From Takakia lepidozioides (lineage: Eukaryota; Plantae; Bryophyta): 64,000 nt of DNA. Below are positions 23,810 to 37,800 of the stretch, one piece after another. Position numbers and translations under genes: made by a program. The notes under the pieces are model-generated. The model was given only the letters and a program-made list of their open reading frames with translations, was not told where the DNA came from and did not search any database. The stretch covers positions 36,394,001 to 36,458,000 of the forward strand of contig CM060733.1 in NCBI GenBank assembly GCA_030704615.1, written 5' to 3'. Every line of letters starts with the position of its first letter. Position 1 is the stretch's first letter.

Positions 23810-26800
23810 ATGGCCGGGGAGGCGGAGCCAGCGAAGATGCTGCTGCCGTATCTGCAGAGAGCAGACGAATTGCAGAAGCATGATCTGCTTGTGTCGTACT
23901 ACTGTAAGTGTTTCATTCCATGTGTTTGACAATTACTGAAGTTTGAGTAAATGTTGACTCACTTACGTGGGAAGCAGCGGTGGTTGTGAGTTGGTGAATA
24001 GAATTCGAGTACTTAGGGTGGTGCCAACCTGTAGCATGTTGTATTGACCTTATGAGCAATCGAGGCACCTTTCTGGATCTGGTTCGGAGGCTTGAATTGG
24101 AGACTGTTAAAGTATGTGACAGTGAATTGGGCTTGCAAGGACGGCTTCCCTCTCCAATTACTTCCAGAGGGTTGAATCTATTCACTTGATATTGTATGGT
24201 AGGAATATAACATCAGCTATACAGGTTATCTTTCGTGCCTCTGACCTACCTGGTTACGTCCTGACATAATCGAGCATTCATGTGTGTTCTCTGCCGAGAC
24301 ACAAATTATCCAGAAACAATCTGTATATGTGGTGCTACAGATGATTTTCATCATTGCGCTGGCAGGTCGACTGTATGCGATGGAGAGAGGGTTAAAGATA
24401 CCTAACAAGGAGCGTACTAAGGCAACCAATGCTTTGCTCATTTCTCTCATGAATCAGCTCGAAAAGGTGACACATCTTTCTCTGTGAGAAATACTAGTGA
24501 TATCTTATGATAGAAGAAGCTCTCCTTGCCTCCAATTTACAAGACAGACCATCTGGGTATACCACCCAACTGTTCCTCTTGGTATGGCATGACCTTTCCC
24601 TTTTTCTGCTGGGAGAACTACTGGTAATTGCAGTTATCAACGTCATCAGAAGTGTTTTGGAAGTTACTGCGATGTTGAGTTCGCACCTTGGGCAGGTTCC
24701 CTACACAGTCATAAAGGGCTTTTACTACATTTTAGGTGGTTTTGTTGAGCAGAAACATGCTTTCATGTACATTGGATGTAAGTTGGCAGGAAATCTTCTC
24801 TTTTGCTCTCAAGAGTTGGCTGGTTTGGATGCTGTAATTTGGATGCTGCAAGTACTTTCTTGTCATTGACAGAAGCGAGCTGCTTAATTTTAGGGATAGT
24901 GGTTACTGACCTTTTATTTTATTGTTACCCTAGGATAAAAAGGCAGTGAAACTGAGTCCGGATGACAGCATGTACATGGAGGGGTTTGCATTGAGCGTCT
25001 TTGCAAAGGCTGACAAGCAGGATCGAGCTGGTCGTGCTGACTTGTATGCACCCACACCTACCAATTTATACAAGTTCTATGAAGTCCACACCCAAACTGA
25101 TTAGAAGTATAGTCGACAGTTGTGGTGGCTTTCTGGACACTGGAGCATGCTGATTCTGAATCCTCCCATAAAGAGTTCAGCTGAAATAAAGTTGAGAGAA
25201 CCTCAACACCAAGGCAATAGTTTTGGGGGATAAATGAAGGCTTTTCAGGTCTCTGATGTCCATTTGTGAGGTTTATGTGTGACTGGGAGAGACAGAGAGA
25301 GAGAGAGAGAGAGAGTTTTCCATAGAACATGATGGTTGCAATGGTGGTTACTTGTCAGGAACACTGCAAAAACTTTCTATGCAGCCAGTATTTTCATGGA
25401 GGTCCTTCACCAGTTTGGCGAGATGCAGCCTGATGTAAGTAGTGTTACCCTGTCTCGACTTGCTTCTGACCTTATTTTAGATGCTCACGGCATTTACTCA
25501 TGAACAGGAGTTGGTATATTTGTAGAAAAATAATGCTGAGATGGGAGGTGCAGGTTGGTTAAGTGGGAGGTTAGTGCCCTGTAATCCCATGTGTTGCCAA
25601 TTTGGGGAGGCAGAGCCTGTACATCATGGTCTTCCGTTTAATCCAACCCATGCGTCTGTGGGTATGGCAATACCTCGTACATGTGCCCATATTTTTCTAA
25701 CCACGAAAGTTGAACTCATCTGTTTTTTTGTTGCTTCTGGAATGTCTATCCATCTCCTTCAGCCGCCTTGTCCCCCCTCTCTCTCGCTTTCTGCCCTTTT
25801 CAAACTAGTATGACTGGCAGTGCAAGCACAGCCACTGGTGCCACATCTGTGGAATGTCAGTGGGCTAGAGTAGCAGTTCTGCAATCAACATTGTGATGTC
25901 TAGGATGCCAGCCCTTAAATGAGCATCCTGATTCCCTATTACTGGATGGTGTGCATTGCCTGAGTGTTCAGGCCGAGTTTCCATACCTTGGTGGCTGGGT
26001 TGATTTCTCCTAGAACCAAGCCGTCATGTATCAGGCAGCCTCCTTGACAGGGGACACCTATGCTTCCGTCCAAACTTGGCACAGGGTCTATGGCCACAAG
26101 GCCATGGCACATAAGGTCTTATGAGTACATTCTCTCTGCGTGACATCGGTGAGGACCTTAATGATGATCTGAAGGGCCTACCACTAGACTGAAATGTGAA
26201 GTCAGGGCAGGGAGTCTACCTTTGAACAAAATACAAATGTGTAGAGAAAAGGGAGATTGTCAATGCCTGATGTGCAGGCAGCCTGAAGACATCCATTTTC
26301 TGATACACTGTCCGGGGTATAGCGACCCTCTACAGGACCATCAAGAACATAGTCCCTGCTGTTCACAACTTTCAGAATCTCGAGGCTGAGCCTAAAGCCC
26401 TGATCCTGCTGGGGTCTAATTGTTGGGCAGCTCACATACAGCAGATTGATGCTTGTGTGAATGGATTTCTAGAGGAAATCTGAAAAGCCCAAACGAATTG
26501 CTTATACCAAGGTAAGTCCCACTACTGAAGCGAGCCCCTCACAAAGGTAGTGTCTATCCTGGCTTAAACTTGGCGCGGCCACAAGGTTCCGGCATGCAAT
26601 GTCTCATGTGTACATTCTGTGTGTGTGTAGCTGTCATAGAAGAGCGACACTTGCCTTTGAAACAGGTCAGCTGGTGGCTAAAGGCATACATATTGAATTA
26701 TCACATGGTTGCATCTCAGATGAATGGGTTCTTAGTGTCAGCGTGATGGTGGATGCTGGGGGGGCAGATTGAACAGAAGCAGAAATACTCAATTTGGAAG

Positions 26801-28168
26801 GCAGCTGACATACGCAAAGCCCTCAGTGAGGGGCGCAAACCAGTGCCTGGTCCCCCTGGCGGTGAGGGGGAATTACCTGATGGGGAGTCCATGTCATGGG
26901 ATGCTGAGGTACGTTTGTGGAATCACCCATAGCAGTTTGATTTGCCTGTTTGTAAGCCCAGATGGAGGTGAATAGTACACATTAGATCTTTGCATGAAAG
27001 CTTATCTTGCGAATGCTTGGCAGCTACCTATATCCTACAGATTTTTCCATTTATCTAGTTTGGTTTTGGATTGCATGTCATGGTGTGCCCATTCTCTTTT
27101 TTTGAGTCTAGATCGGGTCATGGGAAAGCTCCTGCCAGGCATGAAACCATTTTAGCTTCAATATCTTGACCAATGGCACCTCCTGGTTGAATTGAGCTCT
27201 GCAGGAAAGTTCAGTTGGCTTTCTTGGGTTTGTGAGGGAAGGTAAAATAGTCTTTACAGGTTTTAGTGTTTATTCACAAAATGTAATTTGATGTACTCTT
27301 GTGATTCTCCTTCGAACAGATGTCGCTGCAGAAGGGAAGTTCAAATGTTTTCGCAGAGGTTCCCTCCCTAAGTTTGCCTTCCAATGGAAATATGGGTTCC
27401 AACCTAGTACCAAAAGACTCCTCATTTCCGTCACCTCCACCTCTGCATTCTTACACTTCATCCTCTAATGACATTGATCTACCTCCTGCCCCCTCCCAGT
27501 CAGTTTACCCATCAATGCCTGGGCATGACTTGGGTCCACCCTCAGGAAGCTTGCCGTTCAACTCCGGCTCCCAAGCCTCAAATCACTTGAACTTGTATGC
27601 TCCACCACCAGGGCCTTCATTTGATGCCTTAGGGACTGGTGACACTGCAACACCTTCCACTGTTGGCAGCTACTCTCATGCATCGGATCAATCAGGTTTG
27701 ATGTCTGGCACAAACTACCACTACCCTTGGACGTCTCATGATGGGGCGGCATCCATCCCATCAAACTACCAGTCGTACTCTCCCAGCACCCCTGATCCCT
27801 TCCGAACAGACAACCAGTCTCCAACCAGTTATGCCTCACCTTCTTCTTCAGGACCATCAGGTTACCCATCAACAGCTCTGCAGAGTCCGCCTGCTCCCAA
27901 TGGTCCAAATAGCAATGCAAGATTTGCTCAAGTACCTGCCCACCAAGTTCATACTCCAAGTGCACCGGGTGCTTCAGACATGTCAGGAGGGTGGACAGGG
28001 AATGGGATGTATGACAGCAGCTACCAACCCTCGCCAGCCCAAGTAGCAGAGGCCCATAAGGTTTCAAGATTTGCTGTGAGTGCGCTGGCGTTTGATGATG
28101 TCCCAACCGCCTTAGCCTATCTGAAAAGATCACTTGAGTTGCTGACCTCCCCTTCTGCTGCCATTTAG
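23810..28168 (+). CDS. LIP5: LIP5/VTA1 ESCRT Vps4 (SKD1) activator, 456 aa; exons 23810-23903, 24366-24466, 24934-25043, 25359-25434, 26768-26908, 27320-28168
   Basis: N-terminal LLPYLQRADELQKH..SYYCRLYAMERGL and KQDRAGRADLNTAKTFYAASIF, plus the C-terminal VSL domain AEAHKVSRFAVSALAFDDV. All introns GT-AG; spliced CDS 1371 nt in frame. Confidence 0.96.
26130..26630 (+). mobile_element. Non-LTR retrotransposon 3' fragment in LIP5 intron 4
   Basis: Homologous to the reverse complement of 46700-47140, with a C..C....ED..HFL.HC knuckle remnant. Ends in a (TG)n tract. Confidence 0.75.
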
Positions 28169-28751
28169 TGACCCAAAATCTCACTGTTTCTTATTAGTGA
28201 TAAAATTGAAAAGTATGTCTGGCATTGTTAATAAATTCTTACCACTTCAGTTGGGATTGGGTGTCTCTGACAATAGGGTCAGAGGGGTCCTAGCCAAAGA
28301 TGTACCTCTTGGCCATTACTTTATTTGGTCTTCTGAGGAGGTGTTGACTAACAGATCATCAGTCTTTTGTATTGTTTTGGTTTTCATTAGCTGCACTGGG
28401 TTTTTCATCATTGTTGTAAAGTGCTGGTGCAACTTGTAAGAGGCTGCCAACTGCTGTTAGTGAAGCTTCCATCTGTGATTTTTGGGTGTGTGGTGGGTCA
28501 GAAAGGCAGAGAGAAGTATGATTTGACTTTGGAAGATAAAGCTTGCATAGTCTTCACATGATGGGCTCCAAGCTGCCAAAACACAACACTCAAGACTGCT
28601 GTAGGCCTTGCACTAACTCCCAGCAATCCTGCAGATTTCAGATCTGAAGCATTATATTTGTATACATGACTCCAATCGGAGCTTGCCTAATAAGAGCCGC
28701 CTTCTCCCCTTGATGGTACTGCCTCCTTCAGGGATGGGCCCTAGTGAAGCA

Positions 28752-30038
28752 AATATGTACCCAATTGTTCCAAAACAAAAAAATTAAGGAAAGAAAATTG
28801 GACATCTTAACAAGGCGTCCCAACAAAGGTGGCTATAGCATGCGGCCTTACCTGCATGTGGGGGCGCACATGGAATAAAGTTGGCTAGGGAAGGTTGTAG
28901 ATTGGAGGAGGTTCTAGTGGTGTGACGAGGTCATTTTGGCAAGCTATAGACAAAGAGGGAGCTTGGGAAGAGATGGAGGGTATAGTAGGGGGAGTGCAAG
29001 AGGAGAGGGAGGGTAAGGCACGGCAAGGGGCCATCAGCATCAGAGCCAGCTATGTTTCAAGTCCGGCTGTACATTATTTGTTTCCTCTCCCTTGAAGTTG
29101 AAATGTAGAGGTGGATTGGTCTTCAATATAATCTTCTTAGCAGTATCATGTGGCTAGTATCTAACGACCAACAAGTTTTATGCCCACTTGTATTTTTATT
29201 ATGTCATGCTACCCGTATTCAAGGCTGAATTTTCTGCTCGAAATTACATCTCCGATGCACTATAATATGCCAATACGACCGATCTTATATGAGATTAGAA
29301 TATATGGCCAGTTTGGACCCCATTTTGGAATGACTGGGATATAAGTCCAATCTCATATATAATCGGTCGTAATGGCATCGTAATGGAATACAGAAGAGTC
29401 CATCAGAGATGTAATTTTGAGCAGAAAATTCAGCCTTGAATACAGATAGCGTGACATAATGAAAATACCCGTGGGCATAAAACTCGTAGGTCGTTATACC
29501 AACCACTCGTATACCAACCACATGATACTGCCAAGAAGGTTATAATGAACACCAATCGACCTCTACACTGCAACTTCAAGAGATAAAGATAAAGATTCTT
29601 TAACGTCCAGTGAATTTACAGAGCATACTGCTCAACACACATTCCATCGAGGGCCCAATGGACGGTCTGAAGGAAGAAAGCGGTAATGTACATCCTGACC
29701 TGAAACCTCGCTAGGCTCCTTGCCATTGCCACTGTTGCGTGCCCTGCCAACTTCGATCCTGTCTCTTCTGCGCTCCCCGCTAGACCCTCCATCTCTTCCC
29801 AAGCTCCGTCTTTGGCTATAGCTTGCCAAAATGACCTTGCCTCACCTCTAGACCCTCCTCCAATCTAGAAGCTTCCTAGCCAACCTTTGGCATGCATTCC
29901 ATGTGGGCCCCACATTCAATTGCTACTTTCACATTTGCATGCACTAGTAGCCAGGTGGCCCGCATGATATAGCCACCTTGTTAGATGTCCAATTTTCTTT
30001 GCTTAATTTTTTTTAAAGGAACAATTGGGGTACATATT
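28752..30038. mobile_element. ~1.3-kb foldback / long inverted-repeat element
   Basis: Arms 28752-29310 and 29331-30038 are imperfect reverse complements, e.g. TATTCAAGGCTGAATTTTCTGCTC vs GAGCAGAAAATTCAGCCTTGAATA. Loop about 20 nt. Confidence 0.88.
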
Positions 30039-30109
30039 GACACATCTGATTCTGTGAGAGTATAAGAAGCATGGAGGGCACGCAGTTCACTTGAGCCCGA
30101 GGTCTTGGT

Positions 30110-30460
30110 GAAGAAAAGAGTTTCATCTTGTCTTTTTTCCCTTTGTATTAGTTTGATCCCCAGTTTTGTAACTCGTCCCGTGTTTTGGCATGTAAGTTGT
30201 CCTATCCTTCCCTTGCCACTTGGTTTCTTACTCTCACTTGTCCCCTTAGCAGGTTAGCACTAGTGGTTTAGTGTTCCTGGTTACCTGCTGCTTACTTTTT
30301 AGTGCCTGCTGTTTCTCCCCTCTCCCTAGGGTAACTGGCTCTGAGTGGAACCTCCTTTTTCTGCCTTCATGGCTAATTGTAAGGTTATTTTTTCCTTAAT
30401 TAATAAATTTTCCAGGGCTTACAACCCCCCTGTTCTTAAAAAAGAAAAAAAGAAAAGAAG
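30110..30460 (+). mobile_element. Probable LINE 3' end with poly(A) tail
   Basis: T-rich 3'UTR-like tract, AATAAA, a GGG..CCCCCC motif, then an A-rich tail. Confidence 0.4.
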
Positions 30461-31858
30461 TTGTCCACACACCCACAGTGCAAGTTGAATGAGCTAGTTC
30501 ATGGAGGTTGTTACATATGCAATCATCAACCGGTTCTGCAACCATGATCTCTCTTAACCAGTCAAGTTGGCAAGGTTAGAATCACCAAGATTTTTATAAG
30601 ACTTTCATAGCATATGTTTGATACATTCAGAGTCAGAAGGTCTTTTTATGTATGAAACTGACGGTGGCTTGATTGATTATGCTAATGGTTTTGATGACTG
30701 CAGGCATACCCGCAACCTTGACATCCAACTGCAATGTCATGTGGGCAACTTAGGTGCCAACATTTCATGCATTTGAATGATACTGTCGCATGACCTTGAG
30801 CATATATATATATGACGCCAACCAAAGCTAGCTTGAGCAATTGATATGACAACACTATAATGATGCAAACAAGCCAAGATCTCGATTGCCAAGGGAGTTT
30901 AGTTCAAAATCCATGTGGTATTGTCTGTTGTTGCATCATCACAATTTGAGCTCTCCCTGGGGAACTCCATCACTCACCAATTTGTTTTTGACAGGTCTGA
31001 ATCATAGGCGACTGCACTGAGAGCAACCTTTGAGCGTGCTGGGATTGTGAAATGTGGGATGCATGTTGAAATGGTCAAATCCGAGTTGGGCTTGGGACCA
31101 GAACAGATGCTGAGAAACAGGCAGCACACGAGGGCTCCGTCAAGATGCCTCAGACGCTCAGCAGCTTGTCGAGGTTGCCAACAGTCAATCAATCAGCTAT
31201 TAGTGAAGCTTCCATCTGTGATTTTGGTTGTGTGGTCGGTCGGAAAGGGGGAGAGAAGTAGAGCAGGTGATGTGTAATTCGTAAGGGTTTTCTGTACCCA
31301 TGGTCACCAGTATATAGCTACCATCTAGCATCATACTACGGTGTCATTGACCATTTAGTCCCTTCTCTGCATGTCTTACCACTCCCCTGGGATTAGTAGA
31401 CACTTCAAGATTTCAGTTAATGATGAATTTGTCTTCGTGCAAGTTTGTGGCCACCCATTCGTCACACCCCTCCCCTCCTTATGCAGCACAATTGCAAGTT
31501 GGAGTTTTCATACTGCCTGGACACCAGGCCAGCAAGTGTCCAGCAAATTAGAGGGAGGAGTGGTAGCCTCCTCAGACAGACAGATGCTGACAAGAGGCAG
31601 AGAGTGCAAAGATCCCGCGAGCACAAGAAGGGGCCATCATAGTATTGACGTCACTGCTGTGGTTGCTGTCCACACAGCAAGATTATCTTGGTACGGCCCT
31701 AGAGCCTCCCTGGAGCCCTTGACCATCAGTAGGTTGTCTGCTTTGAGGATTTTTTCAAGTCAGGCTTATACTGGACTTCAGTTATTTCTACTTTCTTTTG
31801 CATGTTCATGTTCATGGTCTGACAAGTTGTGTCATTAGACTTTTCGCCCAGAACCCAA

Positions 31859-32234
31859 TAGAGTTATCCGTAAAGGGTCCCAAACTCGGCATGAGAACCC
31901 TGAGTTTGGCCAAAACTCGGTATGAAACTCGAAACTCAGGATCAAGCGGTTCGACTAGAAAAAAACACGGGACCAAACTGCCAAGACTAGGAAAATGGGG
32001 GTGAAAGGAGTTTGGTGCCGAGTTTTGTTAGTCGTCGAGGCGGAGGCGGTCGGAGCTCACGAGCTTGCGCCATAGCAGCGGTTGCCCTCATCCCCAGTTT
32101 ATGATTTGGTGCCCTCTTCTCTGACTTCGTGCTCAGTTTTCTGCACTTTACGGATTAACTCAAACTCAGGATGAAACCCGTAACTCGGGTCCAAACAGGG
32201 TACCAAACTCAGGCTCACTTTCCGGATAACTCTA
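31859..32234. mobile_element. MITE, hAT-like
   Basis: Perfect 12-bp TIR TAGAGTTATCCG/CGGATAACTCTA and repeated subterminal AAACTCGG/AAACTCAG motifs. No clear TSD. Confidence 0.7.
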
Positions 32235-34882
32235 ATGTTTCCCTTGACCTTGAAATGTATTTGGTTTCCAGATTTGGGGATGGGAGCTATTCATAGAGTC
32301 AGTACAGCAGATGTTACCATCTTGAAAGGTAGCTTCCATTTGCTTGAATGATAGTGTGGTTCATTACCATTAGTCAACCCCCCTGGTCTTTCTCCATCTC
32401 AATAAGCCCCAAATCGTTGTTGTTCAGATTCTCTTTTACATAAACCATGGCATACTTGCTGTTTGGATCCTCAAGATTGGAGTTACCCCTTTCCATTCGT
32501 TGCCGCTTTGGTGCTGTCATCCATAGTTGCTCAAGTTCCTAAGACAATAGCATTCAATACATGAAATGTCGGCATCTAAGTTGCCCATATTGCAAGCTGG
32601 ATAATCTCTTGAAGACCCTGAACATGGCAAACGTGCATAGGTCTGCTCTGAAAGTCTTTTTACAGAGCAAATCTTGGTGATACTGACCTTGGCTTGACTT
32701 GTTAAGAGAGATTATGGTTGCAAACATGCATGACACTAATGGTGGATGACTGCATGTGTACCCACAACCTTACCCACATACTGACAAATTGATCCATAGC
32801 ACACCCACTTAATTACCAAAAAGATGCACGCTACGAGTTTCATCGTCAACCAGTATTCAACACTTGTCCTCCTTCCTTGGTAAAAAGGGAAATGGGTGTT
32901 GAATCCAGATCAGACATCAGACATAGGGCTTGCAAACCGATCTACAGTTCACTCTTGACCAGCAAGGAAAGACAATTGTGCCGGGAAATCTCCAGAAAAA
33001 GTTTTTGCTATAAAACTTCTATACTCAGGCCAAGAGAGGCAAACAGGCAACAACAGAACTTCGGCAGTGCACTCACCTGCAAGGCTTTTTTAATATACTT
33101 GTTGTAGTTCATAACATGGTGATCGCTTGTCATTGACAAAGATAGCACAAGTCTCTCAAACCGACCTTCCACTGGAACAGCAGTCTGAACGCGGCAGGGC
33201 CTGGGTAGGCTATGCGAAAGACAAGCATCAGCATTGGATATTGCTGTCTTCTAGGAATATCATACACCTTAACATCACCTAAACCTTCTCACATGATTTC
33301 TGTACATTACGTCGGAAAGTAAGTTGAAGCTCCTGAATGATGAAGAAAGCTACTACAGTCTTATTCTGCTTCAAATCTTGGTCAAGGATTTTTCGCCGTT
33401 GTCCATGGCAAACCCAATCAAGTCCGAACATGATCAGAAGATGGGGTTGGAAGGATGTGACCAAACAAAAGAAGGGAGCTCACAGTACAGACCCACAAAA
33501 AGGCTCCTTGTATGTGATATGAAAAAGACGGCCTGGTGGGTGAAGGCGCCTGGGATCCTTGAGCATTCTGCTCTCAGACACAAAAGTGTCCATAACACAT
33601 ACCACCGCCAGTGATCTGCAGACCCATGGACACTGGGATCAATTTTTACGAGTTCAGTTTCCAACTTGTCAACCCCTAAATACATGCGCATATCACATCC
33701 ACACTTGAGAGGATGATCTTTTGGAATTCCCAATGATCATCTAAGCAGGAAATGGAGTTTAGGTCCCTGGTAAACACCAAGGGGATTATGGTTTAACTCA
33801 ACCATAAATCTACATGCAGGAGATATACACTTGACCTGCCACACAGACCAGTCAGGGGCTGCACGGTCCTAGCTGTAAGCCTTCCTATAAATCCCACCCA
33901 TTTAGTCATGAATGATCTTGACAATGCGACCGCACTCCTGTTGATCAAAAGGCATTGCTTCTTGAAAACATGCATTTGCTGCAACATTATGGCCATTACC
34001 AAGGAGTAATGGGCTCCATGTGCTTCCAGCATGGCCTTTTAATCAGTGATACTGAGGCATGGCACATTCCCCTTCTTTGTGAGACTGTAGGTTAAGTGCA
34101 ACGGAACAAAAGCCCAGGTAAGGTTAGAAGGCAATGCTGTGGAAGCACTCTCAAGCGTAGACACAAGAAAAAGGCATGGCCTTTTGTTAAAGAGATGAGG
34201 AAGTTCCCGGCTCTGTGATTGTCTCAGGAAATCCATGGTCGAGAATCCAAGCCCAACAGAGATACACATACAAGATGACAATTTACAAGTTGAATCCTGG
34301 AAACCAACTACATGTATCATTCATGAGTAGGTTTCAGGAACTACAAAGTAAGAGAGGACAACAGAAAGATCTTCACGATAGGTGTCGAAGTCCGCGGTAG
34401 AAAGTCGTCCTGGAATGCACAATAAAAGGAATGATTGATCATTGAGTACAAACCATTTGCGAGGGCAGAGAGAAGGAATTGGATGCAAAACTGTGACTGT
34501 GATGGAAATAGTGATTATTTATTGTTACACAAATCCAGCATAGACGTAGGATCCGAACTCCCTGTTGAATCACCATCTCCAGTTGGAACTCTTGAGCACG
34601 ACTTACAGCTTTGCATTTGCAACATTTTGAACTTCGCTCCCGGTGGCTCAAATCCATTAAGGCAAGCGGAGGAATTCAACATGCAGGCTCAATCCCCAGG
34701 GGTATAGCTTATCAGCTAGGACTTCAGTTCGTGTCAAAAAGTGGGTTCTTTCCAGTTGTAAAGAGTTACCTGAACTTACAGCTCCACTAAACAAAGTCCA
34801 TCTCACAATCTATGCAGTAACAATATCACCGCACTTCAATCCAAATTTTCGGCCAACATGGAGCAGAGAACTGACCTGCAGT

Positions 34883-37800
34883 CACTTGCAGCCAAATGCG
34901 CATGATTTGATAGTAATGTGCCAACGACTGCGGAGGACTAAATTCCTTCTAAGCCAAATCCAACACAATGGGAATTTGGTTGAAGGGCATAATCATAGCC
35001 CGACTGTACTCCCGTGCAGCAGGAGTTTTAGGTGGGTTAAAAGCAGCATTCCCCCATACCTCAGGCTGTGGTGGCTGTGATGTGGCTGTAGTAACAACAG
35101 GGTCAGCTACTGGCATAGTGACTTGTTGTGGTGTTGGTGGCACTGGCTCTTGTACCATTGGCATCTCCTGCACCCCCTGCGAAGAAGACTGAAAAGCCAA
35201 AGTTCTGGCTTGTATATAAGAAGCCATCAGTTGCTCCCCAGGTACAAAGACTCTCTTGTCAATATTTGATGTCAGGTCCTCCACCTGAGTCTGCAGGCCG
35301 TCTACATCCTCTTGTAGCTCCGCTATCCTACTATAGACATTGTCTATAGTAGTTGTGGCAATGTTCTGCACTTGCAGTCTGAACTCATTCATCTCGCTTT
35401 GGGTAAACTTTTGTGGTGCTTTGCCTTCCACCGGCCCTTGTGCTAACCAGACCTGCATAAGGTGGTTATCCACCAAGTTGCTTGTGGCACCCTTGAGAGT
35501 CTGCTCCTCTGTGAGCCTGTACACATCTATCTGCTGCTATAAAGCCTCCATGCGCTTCGCATGAGGTTCAACCAAATTCGCATATGCAGCAGCCAGATTA
35601 TTGGCTTCCTTCCAAGCCTTGTTAGCCACAGAGAGTTCATTTCTATTGGACATGAGCGTTTGTTGCAATTCTAGGATGTACCTCTCTTGGTCAGCTTCAA
35701 CCTGCCTGTATTGCTTGAAGGTATTCTCATTTCGACAGATTGTATTCTTCATATCGACAATGAGTTTCGCTTGCTCGACATTCTCTGCCTCTGCCTTCGT
35801 ACATCTTTTCGCTTGACTGTTAACTTCTAATGTAGTGTGCTCAAGCGTAGTGGTGAGTGTAGCACATTGTATGGTCATCCTGTCATGCACTGTCTGCAAC
35901 TTAGTATGTAGTGCATTCACTTCTTGCAACTTGCTTTCATGCTTCACCTGCATTTGGTATAGCTGTTGCTTATGTGCTTCGTGCAACTGGTCTTGCGCGA
36001 GGCCTGCCTCAATCAATTGTTCATTGGCCAATTGCAAAGCAGCTTTTGTACTCTCTAAGTCTTGCTGTATCTTGAGAGTGACCTCCTCATCGACCTTGTT
36101 TGCACACTCAGTGGCAAGTCAAGCCTCAAACTCCTTCCTGAGTTCCTCCCTCAAAGCTGCCAATTGGGTAGTTGGAACATGGGATTGACATAAGTGCCCA
36201 ACAAATTAAGTGTCCTGCTTATGGAACTCATAAGCATGGCATGTTGAGGGTCATCATGGTGAGCTTGCTGCTGTTCTCCCTGATCCTCAACCGTGTGATG
36301 CCTCACGAACCATTCAGGCCATTGCCCCACCAGATTTTCTTCCTGAACCACTTCATCCGTCACAAGTGTGTGTATTATATGCACAACAGGGTTTCCCCTG
36401 GACAACCGCTGCACCTCTGCAATCATTGTTTCCCTGACCAAACCAGAATTTTCATAGAGAAGGTCCCCCTTCTCAATTTCTGCCACCACCTGTTCTGTAG
36501 TGGGGATATCTAACCCTTCTTTCTCCAAATCAATTATTTGTGGTGGAACTGCATGGACAACTTGTGGTAACTCTGTGACAAGCCGATCATCTGGCTGTGA
36601 TGGCTGTGATACTGAAGTAATTTCCTCTTCCCTCTTTGAAGGCCCTGCTTCCAATAATAGCAGCTCTTTGTGCTATTGTGTCCCTTCCTGCACAAGAGCT
36701 TGGGAAACATTATCATGCGATTTCCGTGAAGCCAGTGGATCCGCCACTACAGTCTTTCCCCGCCTATGTCTCTTAGACTGGGGTTGCCCTGCCAGTCCAC
36801 CCTCACTGTGTGAAGAGCCTTGCTCTTCCATTGCAGTGGTTTCGGCCTCAAACACTCTCATCTCCTTTCTTTCCCGAGCATCAAGTATGCAAGAATCAAG
36901 AATTATTTGAGCAATGATTGGGCCAGACACTATGATAGGAGACTTTGCGGTAGTGCCATGTTATCTCTTCATCTCCTTTACCAGTGCGTTGTACATTATG
37001 TCCGCCCATGCTACCTCTTCTCCTCCAGGGCTTTGAGTATTTCCTCTGTGAAGGATCTGCTCAAATATTGTTGGTTCTGTTTCATGGCAAACAGAACGTT
37101 CAATACCTGGCCTACCTCCCTTAGCCCTGGTACACACGGCCTTGGTACAAGCATAACCCTGAGTTTTAAAGAAACTCCCTTCTTGGAATAAGTCCCCTAT
37201 TTGCAGTCTTGCCCTGTGCTCCTCCACATGCACCTGACCTGATGGCAATTCTTGTTGTAGGTATAGGGGAGTAATTTCTAATTCAACTCCCTTTCACCTT
37301 TGTTGCTCTTCTCCTGTCCTGCTCAAAGTTCTGCAAGAATTTGTAACATGTACTGCTAATGGTGCAATGTCCAATCTTTGCTTTGGCAATCCTTCTAATC
37401 GCAGCTCCTTCAGTAACTGTACCGCATGTGGAGTAGCAATCGTTTGTTTTCTGCAGGATTGTGGTCTCTTCACCCTGATTTCTTCCCTTCCATTCCTTTC
37501 ACTCTCTTCATTCTAGACCCACATAAAGGTTTTGGTTGTAACCAATTGAAGAAATGCCTGCAGGGCACAAAGCATAAATGTATGGTTGCCACAAAATGCT
37601 ATGGGTAATTTCTTGTAAGCCTGCGGGGCTTGCAAGCATCGATTAAGAGAAAAGATACTCTCTGTTCTCCTATCTCCCCTATCCCCTGCCACTGCATCGC
37701 GAGCGTATAGTCTGTTAGTTCCTCCATAGCTTCAAAGCTATAGCATTGATGTCTGTCCCGTCGAGACGCCCGTTACTTGGAACGACGCCGACTCTTGCGC

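Noticed and set aside
25287-25315. (GA)n microsatellite in LIP5 intron 3
   Set aside because: Ordinary simple repeat.
32500-34880. Possible degenerate spliced gene on the minus strand
   Set aside because: Some splice-like signals and short ORFs, but no recognisable protein motif or consistent frame.
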